In this document: positions 29,829 to 38,785 of the stretch, piece after piece | Position numbering within the stretch: the first letter of the stretch is position 1 | Layout of the letters: the number at the start of each line of letters is the position of its first letter | Assembly (NCBI GenBank): GCA_017549445.1 | Contig: JAFYUU010000015.1 | Span: forward strand, 1-56,766 | Source of the DNA: Alphaproteobacteria bacterium | Lineage (GTDB): Bacteria > Pseudomonadota > Alphaproteobacteria > Rs-D84 | DNA: 56,766 nt | Direction of reading: 5' to 3' | The notes under the pieces: model-generated | What the model saw: the letters and a program-made list of their open reading frames with translations, nothing else | Database searches by the model: none | Told to the model about the DNA's origin: nothing | Position numbers and translations under genes: made by a program

Positions 29829-32177
29829 TTATTGGATACCGACTTGGAATTCATCGCCCCAACCGGCAACCGTCTGGCCACCAATCGTGCATTGGATATC
29901 CTCAAAACCATTTTCTACTTGCTTCTTTTTCATAACGTGACTGGTGATTAAACCGCCGGCCGTCCCCAATACTACACCTGCCGTCATATCAGATGCTAAA
30001 CGGGCACGGTTAAATTCGCCGTCTTCGTCACGCCATACATTGCGTTCAAATCCACCTATCAATCCATCCAATGCATCAACAGATTTTTTGACCCGCACAA
30101 ATCCAGCAGACGTTTTACGTTCCACATTAACAGCATTTTCCAACTTGGCGAAATTAATATTGAACTGCGTTTCAACACGAACACTGCTGACACAATATGC
30201 CTCGATATTTGTAATCAAAGACATAATCTGCGAATTGCCTGCAAATTCGATTTTCCATTCCGCAATCTGTGTCATTTTAACCGAAGGACAATCCCACTTT
30301 GGCCCCTGTTCCTGTTTGCACTGTCCCGGATTATAGGCCAACAAAGTATTCCACAGATTATCAAAACCTGCCTGTGTTCTGGAATCGGCCTTGCACAATG
30401 CTTCGATTGCGACAATCAAATCAATAATATCACTATTGCCCACACAATCCTTTTTCCACTTATTCATACGTGCAATCAGTGTTGCATCACAGTTAAACGT
30501 TGGCTGTGTTGGAACAACATTTGTCTCTACCTTGCAATCCCATTTGCCGTTTTCCTTGACGAACTTACCCCCATTTACACAGAAACACGTCTTGGAATCT
30601 GGTTGCCACACGGTCTGTTTCTTTGGCAAAGCACAACATGCATTGCACATTTCGGCCTTGTCACCATGTTCATGACAACGTTGACACTTACCAGGTGTCA
30701 CAACTGGCGGATTATCTGGTTTTGTTGCCTTACCTGGGCAAACACACGTCAACACATCCACCATAACCTGCAATTGCAGTTGACTTTTTGGATTATAATA
30801 CGTCTCAGCATTCATAACAACCTGACCACCTGCATCATTACAGAGCCCGGTCCAGGCCAAAACTTCTTCTTCTTCGAACTTGATACAGTCCCTATCATTA
30901 CAACTGACACGTGAAATTTCTGTTCCCTGTGCCATACCATCACACGTCTGTGCAATTCCCGGCATTGGTCCCGGTTGCCCTGGCAACACTGGTGCGATAT
31001 TTCCATCACACACGCACTGCATCAATGTTCCCACCTTGTCAGAATTTTGCTCGTTTGGATTTTTCAGACCTGTCTTGGTATCAACAGTTCCACCTGCCTC
31101 TCGACAATTTTCTGTATAACCTATAATCTCATCTGGACTAAATCCTTTTTCAGCCCAGTTCCAGTGACCAATCACCCCTGCATCTTTTCCGGCACAAATT
31201 GTCTTTTTATCAAACAGACCTGAACTATCTTCTTCCCTACCACCACTTGAAGCATCTGCTATACAAATGCACTGATATAAAGTCCCTTTGTCAGAACCTG
31301 CACCCCCTGGTATTGTGGCACCATATCTTACCTCAAACCGCCCACCATACTTTTTACAATCTTCCGCATAACCCGACTCATCAAACAAGGCATCTTTTGT
31401 GACACTATCCGGCAACCAGGCCCAATGTCCAACATCGCCAACCCCTTTGCCGACACAAATATTGTCACCCCATTCCCCTGAATACACAGGTTTATCGTCC
31501 TTCTGTGGTTTGTCTTTGCACACCCCACATACACATTGATTGTTTTCCTTCTTGGTGCATTCAAACACCTGACTGTCTGCACAGCTTGCCGAACTCAACA
31601 CCTTGTCCGAACTGCCATCTGGGCACACAACTGGGTTTGGGTCAGGATTAGGTTTCACCCCACCCTTGGACACACACTTGCCTGAATCAAAATCGTATTC
31701 CAATCCCTCAATACATTTATAGTAATAACATATCGCCTGCCCTGTCACATAAGATGTCGTATTATTTCCACTGCTTTGACCCGCTTTATATTCCACCCCA
31801 TTGGCGACCCACACTTTTTCCAATCCCGCACCATTTTTATCTGCAATCGGCCCATAATCTGGTTTATCATTACAATATGTTGGAGAATACGTATCCCAAT
31901 GATCATCATATGCCCAATTACCACGATTACAAACCTTGAACGCACTAAAATCAGCAGTTCTTACAATAGCCCCTTTATCACAGTATCCTTTTTCACAAAT
32001 ATAACAACTACTTGCACCGTCCACATTACTACTCAACGTTTCGGCATTTATTCGGTCATTTCCCCGTGATGTTGTGCACGCCACTGGCACACAGCCCTCA
32101 TTTTTCGCCAACGCATCCACCGGCACTGCCATAACACCGAACAAAATCAAAGACATACAAACGATAATCTTTTTCAT
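29829..32177 (-). CDS. Large secreted Cys-rich modular protein
   Basis: Signal peptide, many CxC motifs, internal repeats and a C-terminal Gly-rich hydrophobic segment. Start moved to MKKIIV. Confidence 0.8.
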   Translation of the reverse strand: MKKIIVCMSLILFGVMAVPVDALAKNEGCVPVACTTSRGNDRINAETLSSNVDGASSCYICEKGYCDKGAIVRTADFSAFKVCNRGNWAYDDHWDTYSPTYCNDKPDYGPIADKNGAGLEKVWVANGVEYKAGQSSGNNTTSYVTGQAICYYYKCIEGLEYDFDSGKCVSKGGVKPNPDPNPVVCPDGSSDKVLSSASCADSQVFECTKKENNQCVCGVCKDKPQKDDKPVYSGEWGDNICVGKGVGDVGHWAWLPDSVTKDALFDESGYAEDCKKYGGRFEVRYGATIPGGAGSDKGTLYQCICIADASSGGREEDSSGLFDKKTICAGKDAGVIGHWNWAEKGFSPDEIIGYTENCREAGGTVDTKTGLKNPNEQNSDKVGTLMQCVCDGNIAPVLPGQPGPMPGIAQTCDGMAQGTEISRVSCNDRDCIKFEEEEVLAWTGLCNDAGGQVVMNAETYYNPKSQLQLQVMVDVLTCVCPGKATKPDNPPVVTPGKCQRCHEHGDKAEMCNACCALPKKQTVWQPDSKTCFCVNGGKFVKENGKWDCKVETNVVPTQPTFNCDATLIARMNKWKKDCVGNSDIIDLIVAIEALCKADSRTQAGFDNLWNTLLAYNPGQCKQEQGPKWDCPSVKMTQIAEWKIEFAGNSQIMSLITNIEAYCVSSVRVETQFNINFAKLENAVNVERKTSAGFVRVKKSVDALDGLIGGFERNVWRDEDGEFNRARLASDMTAGVVLGTAGGLITSHVMKKKQVENGFEDIQCTIGGQTVAGWGDEFQVGIQ

Positions 32178-32249
32178 TGAAATTCTCCCTTTTCCCAAAG
32201 TATCATTGCCTATATTTTACCATAAATTGCCCATCAATCCAAATGAAAA

Positions 32250-32265
32250 ACCGGCATTTGCCGGT
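32250..32265 (-). terminator. Terminator after dnaA
   Basis: ACCGGCA-TT-TGCCGGT with an adjacent A run. Confidence 0.55.
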
Positions 32266-32272
32266 GATATTA

Positions 32273-33568
32273 TTATCTGCATTCTGCAATCAACTGATTG
32301 ATTTGTGCGGTCAAAACCAAATCTGTTGCCTTTTGTTTTTCGATTTGTTTAATCGCATACAGCACTGTTGCATGATCACGATTTCCAACATATGTCCCAA
32401 TTTCTGACAAAGACAAACCTGTTGCTTCCTTCAATACCACCATCATTGTCTGACGTGCCAACACCAAATTACGACTGCGACCTGCCCCACAAACCGATTC
32501 GTATGACACACCCATTTTTTCACACATTGCCTTGACCATTGCCAATGGTGTTTTTGCCTTTTGCAGTGTATCTGCCAACAAACGTGTTGCAACATCCATA
32601 TTTACCGCTTCGCCCATCAGTTCTGCATATGTCTGAATTTTTGTTGCAACCCCTGCGACCAAGTGTCCATCATTTGCGATACGTCCTGCCAACTGTTCTG
32701 CAACATCAATTGCAACACCTGCACGACGCAACAGCACTGTTTTCACATGTGTATTTGGCACAACCACATCTGCAACCAACCCTGATGCCAACAGCGACTG
32801 ACCACGTCTGTCAAAACCATTCAGGTTATTTGGTGCAACACTTGCGGTCAGCACAACATTTTTACCACATGCACGCAAATCCATAACCAACTGCAAAAAT
32901 TCGTCCATTGTCGCCTTTTTGCCTGCCAATGCCTGAACATCGTCCAAGATAAATGTATCACAATTACGGCAATAGTCCTTGAATGCGAACACGGTGCGAT
33001 CATGCAAACTGCGTGTAAATTCTGCAACGAACTGGCCACCTGTCATCATGATAACACGTCCTGCTGATGCATCTTTGATGCAATTTGCCAACAGTGTTTT
33101 ACCACAACCTGCCGTCCCATGGATATACAATGGTGAAAAAGCAACCGCCCCACTTGCCACCTTTTTGCATGCAGACACAACAAACACATTATCATCGCAA
33201 GACACAAATTTATCGAACGCATTCATATCTGCTGATTTTTCTGTTGCAACTGCGACAGGGCTGAATGTCTGGGTATTATTATCATTTGCGACTGGTGCAA
33301 CTGTGCGAATGCTGCGACCCGCATTTGCGACTGCAACCTTGATATCCAACCCAAAGTGATTTGCCACACCACGCAAAACATTACCAAATGTCGCATTGAT
33401 ATAGTTTGCCGAGAACTGATTCTGTGCCCAGCAGTTCAATACACCATTTTCAATTTCCAAATTCAGAGGTTCAATCCAAGAAGAAAAACAAACGCTGTCA
33501 ATTTTTTCGGCAATAGCCCCCTTGATTGTTTCCAGGTTGACTGTATTTTGTGTTGCCACTGCCTGCAT
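32273..33568 (-). CDS. dnaA: Chromosomal replication initiator DnaA (divergent AAA+ motifs)
   Basis: Domain I WIEPL, Walker A GTAGCGKT, Walker B FILDDVQ, and domain IV ARQ..M..LSLSEIG...RDHATVLYA. Confidence 0.9.
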   Translation of the reverse strand: MQAVATQNTVNLETIKGAIAEKIDSVCFSSWIEPLNLEIENGVLNCWAQNQFSANYINATFGNVLRGVANHFGLDIKVAVANAGRSIRTVAPVANDNNTQTFSPVAVATEKSADMNAFDKFVSCDDNVFVVSACKKVASGAVAFSPLYIHGTAGCGKTLLANCIKDASAGRVIMMTGGQFVAEFTRSLHDRTVFAFKDYCRNCDTFILDDVQALAGKKATMDEFLQLVMDLRACGKNVVLTASVAPNNLNGFDRRGQSLLASGLVADVVVPNTHVKTVLLRRAGVAIDVAEQLAGRIANDGHLVAGVATKIQTYAELMGEAVNMDVATRLLADTLQKAKTPLAMVKAMCEKMGVSYESVCGAGRSRNLVLARQTMMVVLKEATGLSLSEIGTYVGNRDHATVLYAIKQIEKQKATDLVLTAQINQLIAECR

Positions 33569-33901
33569 TCTATTTCTCCTTTCCTTCCCGTTTTTGACTG
33601 ATGTTTTTACATCTGTCGTTTTCGTTTTTTCTCGACCCGCCAGAGTGTAAAAGCCACCTGCCCATAAACGCTAAATTTTTCCTGTTTTCTGCGACTTCCT
33701 TTCAACATCGCCATGAAAAAATTTAGTGTTTATGTTTGCCCTACTTAAACCCTCTCGCTTTTATTTTTTTATCGATATTTCTACCGTTTTGGATACGACA
33801 ATAATGTAGAATATAAAAAATGATTTACAACCGAAATAAAATCCAAAAAGGCCATTTATTTTTTTGACAACGATTCGTTTTTTTGCCCGTTTTCTGGGCT
33901 T

Positions 33902-33922
33902 TGTATAGACAGTGTATAGACA
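33902..33922. repeat. Direct repeat TGTATAGACA x2, 11-bp period, in the dprA-dnaA intergenic region
   Basis: Copies at 33902-33911 and 33913-33922. Confidence 0.7.
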
Positions 33923-33931
33923 ACTATTTTT

Positions 33932-34945
33932 TTACACTCGAACATACCCACCATCAATTTTTCGCACCAATCCCTGCATTTCCAGAATCACCAACTCACT
34001 TTTAATTTCCGAAATTGATTTTTTGACAATTTCCGTCAATACAGATTCTGACACTGGAACGAAGCCCAATTTATCTAAAATGGAATTTTCCGATTCATTT
34101 TTTCCTACAAAATTTTTCTTCACCGAAAATTTTTTATCAATCTGAAAAAAATCCTGTGCCCCAGAACACAAAATTGCCTGTCCTGATTTAATCAAAGAAT
34201 TTGGCCCAATCGCCCGTGCATCCGATGGATGCGAAGGCACCGCATAAACCGTGCGATTATTTTCAATTGCGAATCGTGCGGTTGTCATTGACCCCGACTT
34301 TTCGTCTGCCTCGCCCAGAATCAGCTTGTCTGCCAGCCCTGCTACGATTCGATTTCGCATTACAAAGTTATTTGCAACCGGCACAAATCCCACGGGCATT
34401 TCACTGACCACCGCCCCACGTTCTACAATTTCCCAATATAACGATTCGTTTTCTGTTGGCCAAATGTAATCTGCCCCACCTGCCAATACCGCAATTGTTT
34501 TTCCTGCCCGCAGTGCCCCACGATGCACGGCGGTATCTGTTCCAATCGCCATTCCAGATGCCACCGCAATTTTATGCTCTGCAAAACTCTCGGCCAGTTT
34601 TGCCATAAATTCCATACCATGTGCGGTTGCGTGCCGTGTTCCAACCATTGCAACAATCGCCTGTTGCAACACATCTATATTTCCCCGAACACAAATTACC
34701 GGCGGATGATTTTTCATAGCCCGTAAATTATCGGGATATTCCTTCATATCATCAGACACATATTTAATATTATGCTGATTCGCCAAACCCATTTCACGTT
34801 TAACATTATCAATATGTTCCTGACCTGGATTCAACGTATCGATTACCGCATCTAACGAATCGAATTTTTTTACCAATCCATTAAACTTGGCCGGCCCAAT
34901 ACCTGGCATTCTTAAAACAATCAACTTTTTCAGTATATCTGTCAT
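33932..34945 (-). CDS. dprA: DNA-processing protein DprA
   Basis: VAMVGTR, VASGMAIGTDT, HRGAL, FVMRNRIVAGL and SGSMTTA motifs, with a C-terminal winged helix. Confidence 0.93.
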   Translation of the reverse strand: MTDILKKLIVLRMPGIGPAKFNGLVKKFDSLDAVIDTLNPGQEHIDNVKREMGLANQHNIKYVSDDMKEYPDNLRAMKNHPPVICVRGNIDVLQQAIVAMVGTRHATAHGMEFMAKLAESFAEHKIAVASGMAIGTDTAVHRGALRAGKTIAVLAGGADYIWPTENESLYWEIVERGAVVSEMPVGFVPVANNFVMRNRIVAGLADKLILGEADEKSGSMTTARFAIENNRTVYAVPSHPSDARAIGPNSLIKSGQAILCSGAQDFFQIDKKFSVKKNFVGKNESENSILDKLGFVPVSESVLTEIVKKSISEIKSELVILEMQGLVRKIDGGYVRV

Positions 34946-34993
34946 ACGAACCAGTATACTTATTTCATCGAATCGTTAAAAGCCAAAAATCAC

Positions 34994-35027
34994 AATTAAA
35001 AATCCCCCATCTGGGGGACTTTTAATT
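34994..35027 (-). terminator. Terminator
   Basis: AATTAAAAATCCCCCA-TC-TGGGGGACTTTTAATT. Confidence 0.7.
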
Positions 35028-35895
35028 ATTTCATATCACGCAACAGATATTCATAGTCATATTTTGTGCAACCTTCTGGTTTATCTGCCCCTGTTTTTTC
35101 GACTTCTTCGCAGGCCTGTTTCAGTGCTTGCAGTTCTGCCTTTATCTCGTTATATCTGGCGGAATTATCTTTTTTCAACGCCAAGATTTGGGAACGCAGC
35201 AATTCATTTTCCGACAGATTTTCATTTTTCTGTCCCATGACCTTGCCACCAATCAACTTATTTCCGAACAGTTCCATTGCCCCAACGCCGACACCTGCAC
35301 CACCGACAACGCCACCAATTGTTCCCCATGTGCGGACATTTTTCTTGGCATCCAATATGCGTTGACGCAGTGTATCTTCATTTGCCCAGTCACCACATGT
35401 GATACCCTGGCCCATTACAAAGTATTTTGCAGGCACATCTGCGACACTAATTTTCGGATTAGATGATTTAACCTCTACCTTGACCCAGCAAACGTTATTT
35501 TCTGGTTTTTCCACATCTTCAACCATAGACGCATGACTGCCCGTATTACTATAACGTGAAGCCCACACAAACGTTGCCCCAACCCCAATATTATTTTGAA
35601 TACATGCGGCCCGTTCTTTTTCACGCATATCTTTTTTATCTTCTTCATTCTGAACAGGTGGCACAACGGTCACATCATCATTTTTATCTGCCACAGGCAC
35701 CTTTGCATTATTATCTTCATACTTTACGCTTGGTTTATTTACCTGTGCAACTGTTTCGATATACTTTCTGGACGCAGTTGCCCGTTCTGTGCCCATCTGT
35801 TGTGCCATTGCACGTCTGCTTTGTCCAGCAGGCACAGCCGCCACAACTGGACTGATCAACATCAAAACAGCCATAAAAGATATGATTTTTTTCAT
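35026..35895 (-). CDS. Hypothetical secreted protein with glycine-zipper-like segment
   Basis: Signal peptide, Cys-containing core, WGTIGGVVGGAGVGVGAMELFG segment and a C-terminal coiled coil. Confidence 0.8.
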   Translation of the reverse strand: MKKIISFMAVLMLISPVVAAVPAGQSRRAMAQQMGTERATASRKYIETVAQVNKPSVKYEDNNAKVPVADKNDDVTVVPPVQNEEDKKDMREKERAACIQNNIGVGATFVWASRYSNTGSHASMVEDVEKPENNVCWVKVEVKSSNPKISVADVPAKYFVMGQGITCGDWANEDTLRQRILDAKKNVRTWGTIGGVVGGAGVGVGAMELFGNKLIGGKVMGQKNENLSENELLRSQILALKKDNSARYNEIKAELQALKQACEEVEKTGADKPEGCTKYDYEYLLRDMK

Positions 35896-35964
35896 TATTC
35901 TCTTTCCTTTATTTATGCACGCATTATATCACAAAAAGGCATAAAAATAAAGCCCTTATAAAAC

Positions 35965-35988
35965 AAAAGACCGCAAAAACGGTCTTTT
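35965..35988 (-). terminator. Terminator after plsY
   Basis: AAAAGACCG-CAAAAA-CGGTCTTTT. Confidence 0.7.
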
Positions 35989-35993
35989 TTATA

Positions 35994-36584
35994 TTATTTT
36001 TTCCACTTCCACTCGATTTTTGATTCATTTCCCCGAATCAGTCGCCCAATATTTTCCCTGTGTCGCCACATACACAACAACCCAATTGCCAAGAAAGCCC
36101 AACCAGTTGTTGTACCAATACAGAATCCCAACACCGGCAACAAACAGAACACAACCACCGCCCCCAGCGATGAAATCCCACTGCTCAATGCCACCAACAG
36201 CCACTCTATTCCACAGACCACAAATGTCATCGGACTGATTGCCAACACCACACCAAACAAAGAAGAAATTCCTTTTCCACCCTTAAATTTCAACCAAACT
36301 GGATAACAGTGCCCAACAATTGCCACAAATCCGCACCATGCCCCAAATCCATCACCCACCAGCCAATTTCCAATAAATACCGCCACGATTGCCTTGGCCA
36401 TATCCAGCAACCAAACCAACCCCGCCATACGCAATCCACCGACCCGCATCACGTTTGTGGCCCCGATATTACCACTGCCTACTTTTCTTAAATCCCCCTT
36501 GCCCATCAACCGTGTGAACAACAGTCCCATTGGAATACTGCCCAACAAATAAGCAACAAATACTGAAATTACGTAATTTAGCAT
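35994..36584 (-). CDS. plsY: Glycerol-3-phosphate acyltransferase PlsY
   Basis: YLLGSIP, GSGNIGATNVMR, GHCYPVWLKFKGGKG and HRENI motifs. Confidence 0.95.
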   Translation of the reverse strand: MLNYVISVFVAYLLGSIPMGLLFTRLMGKGDLRKVGSGNIGATNVMRVGGLRMAGLVWLLDMAKAIVAVFIGNWLVGDGFGAWCGFVAIVGHCYPVWLKFKGGKGISSLFGVVLAISPMTFVVCGIEWLLVALSSGISSLGAVVVFCLLPVLGFCIGTTTGWAFLAIGLLCMWRHRENIGRLIRGNESKIEWKWKK

Positions 36585-36657
36585 GTTATTTTTCCTTGAT
36601 TTTATGTTTGTTTTCTATAAAATAGCAAAAACATGACGAAAATAAAAGGAAAATAAA

Positions 36658-36918
36658 GTGGCAAATCACAAGTCATCTGAAAAAAGAATTTTGGTCACAG
36701 CCAAAAAAAATGCAATCAACACATCTCGTCGCAGTGTTGTTAAAACAGCGACCAAGAAAGCCGTTGTTGCAATTGAATCTGGGGACAAAGCGACTGCAAC
36801 TGTTGCTACACGCAATGCAGAAAGCAAGATTATGAAATCTGTTGGCAAAATCATGCCAAAGAAACGTGCTTCTCGCAAAGTATCCCGTTTGGCAAAGAAA
36901 TTGTCCAAAATGGCTTAA
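36658..36918 (+). CDS. rpsT: 30S ribosomal protein S20
   Basis: MANHKSSEKR...N...RS.VKT...RKVSRL. Confidence 0.93.
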   Translation: MANHKSSEKRILVTAKKNAINTSRRSVVKTATKKAVVAIESGDKATATVATRNAESKIMKSVGKIMPKKRASRKVSRLAKKLSKMA

Positions 36919-36940
36919 TGCGTTAAACGCAAACAAATTT

Positions 36941-36961
36941 GCACGCCGCCGGCGTGCTTTT
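36941..36961 (+). terminator. Terminator after rpsT
   Basis: GCACGCC-GCC-GGCGTGC-TTTT. Confidence 0.75.
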
Positions 36962-36985
36962 TGTCGTTGAACAAACAAATAAAAA

Positions 36986-37978
36986 TCACTCACCCATGCG
37001 ATAAATTCTGACATAACTGACATCACTGGCCTCACTACCACCACTTCCGCCATCACCGCCATTCACGCCAATACCAACACCGAACAGGCCACCCGTGGAT
37101 ACAGCCCCACCGCCACCACCACCATAGGAATAAAACGTTTGATTACCACAAGAATACGCAACATTTGCACCACCCACACCACCGGTCGCATTACTTGACC
37201 CAAACAGTCCACCCATTGAACTGCCACCACCGGTTCCACCTGCACTATCTGTCGCCCCTGTTCCTGCCGACCCATTATACAAAAATCCAGACGAAGCCGC
37301 CCCTGCGGCACCATCTGTGGCACCACCACCGCCGCCGCCACAGACAAAACCATTTGACCCCAATGCATCACTGCCCATGGCAACCAACCCATCACCCCCA
37401 TCGGTCACATGTCCACCGCCACCGGCACCACACGATTGTTCAACCCCACTGCTGTTATATCCGCCGCCACCGCTGGCACCTGCCCCACCGTCTGAAATTA
37501 CAAAATTGGAACCAACCTGGAAAAAACTTGGAACTCCGGACGCACCACCACCCCCACCGGAATAAACACTGCCATTAGAATTTACTAATCCCGCATTTCC
37601 ATCACTGCCACACAATGCATAGCCAACTGTTTCTGTTGTCACGGAAAAACTGAATACCTGTGCGTTCGCACTACCTGGACTGTCTGTGTTGTTTCCACCC
37701 TGTCCGCCATTTCCCCCCAACACTTCAACCGTATAACACCCCGGAACCAATGTCACACTTTCGCACGTATCAAATGTCGTCGCCTGCCAATATAGTTCAC
37801 GGGAACCAATCGTCCAAACATTTTCACCATCTGTAATTTTTAACGAGTTTGGACATTCTCCAACATGGGCATCTGCATAATAAATCTGCCCTGTATAACT
37901 CATAACCGCCAACGCAGGCGATGTCGTCGGTGCTGATAATAAATTTATAGCAAAATCAGCAATCTGTAAAACTGGCAT
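36986..37978 (-). CDS. Glycine-rich domain protein
   Basis: AAAAGG RBS before ATG 37978. LVPGCYTVEVLGGNGGQGG motif, poly-Gly tracts and C-terminal SYVRIYR. No signal peptide. Confidence 0.8.
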   Translation of the reverse strand: MPVLQIADFAINLLSAPTTSPALAVMSYTGQIYYADAHVGECPNSLKITDGENVWTIGSRELYWQATTFDTCESVTLVPGCYTVEVLGGNGGQGGNNTDSPGSANAQVFSFSVTTETVGYALCGSDGNAGLVNSNGSVYSGGGGGASGVPSFFQVGSNFVISDGGAGASGGGGYNSSGVEQSCGAGGGGHVTDGGDGLVAMGSDALGSNGFVCGGGGGGATDGAAGAASSGFLYNGSAGTGATDSAGGTGGGSSMGGLFGSSNATGGVGGANVAYSCGNQTFYSYGGGGGGAVSTGGLFGVGIGVNGGDGGSGGSEASDVSYVRIYRMGE

Positions 37979-37999
37979 CGACACCTTTTATAAACGAAA

Positions 38000-38668
38000 T
38001 CAGTTAAACCAAATAAAAACCTGACCCGATGGTGGCGTTCCCGATGGCTTGGTTGTTGGGATTGTATTAAACCGCACATCATCGCCCGATGCAACTGTGC
38101 TGGTTGCGGTTCCAACCGGCAATCTATCATACGCAACGGTTCCACTGGTTAAATTACTTGCATTTGTTTGATCAACATTCTGCACATTTGCCAGTCCCAA
38201 CTGTGCCTTGGTCACAGAATGTGGGTTTTCCACACTTGCCACATGCGAATCCAAATCCGCACCTTCTGCCTTGGTCGCCAATCCTTGGGTCAATGCAGTA
38301 TTTGTTGCATAATCCCCCGTTGGCTGTTTTGTAGCCAAACCATCTGATAATTCTGTTTTGGTGGCATAATCTCCAACCGCCTGCTTGCCTGCCAATCCTT
38401 CGGTCAATGCAGTATTTGTTGCATAATCTCCCGTTGGCTGTTTTGTTGCCAAACCATCTGATAATTCTGTTTTGGTGACATAATCTCCAACCGCCTGCTT
38501 GCCTGCCAATCCTTGGGTCAATGCAGTATTTGTTGCATAATCCCCCATCGGCTGTTTTGTTGCCAATTTTTCCTCGACATAATCTGTGCTGACCACGGCA
38601 GAAAAAGCCGGCACAACAAATGCACTAACTGCGAAAAAAGCAATTAAATTTAAATGTTTTATACGCAC
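38000..38668 (-). CDS. Secreted phage tail-fibre-like protein
   Basis: AGGAG RBS, GTG start and signal peptide. Five 19-aa repeats, then HVASVENPHSVTKAQLGLANVQN, ASNLTSGTVAYDRLP and GTATSTVASGDDVRF. Confidence 0.82.
   Translation of the reverse strand: MRIKHLNLIAFFAVSAFVVPAFSAVVSTDYVEEKLATKQPMGDYATNTALTQGLAGKQAVGDYVTKTELSDGLATKQPTGDYATNTALTEGLAGKQAVGDYATKTELSDGLATKQPTGDYATNTALTQGLATKAEGADLDSHVASVENPHSVTKAQLGLANVQNVDQTNASNLTSGTVAYDRLPVGTATSTVASGDDVRFNTIPTTKPSGTPPSGQVFIWFN
38276..38560 (-). repeat. Five tandem 57-bp (19-aa) units alternating A-B-A-B-A (114-bp period)
   Basis: TKQPxGDYATNTALTxGLA alternates with GKQAVGDYxTKTELSDGLA. Confidence 0.92.
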
Positions 38669-38785
38669 CCACTTTCTCCTGCGTTATCGAAAATAATACA
38701 TGCCTACATTCAATATGCTATTCTACATATTTTCATTTCCCTGTGCAAGGGGCACAGCGATATCGCCTGCCCCCACTATTTTATC

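Noticed and set aside
33569-33931. Confident oriC call
   Set aside because: No canonical DnaA boxes were seen, and by eye the + strand looks C-rich on both sides with no clear skew switch. This was not computed.
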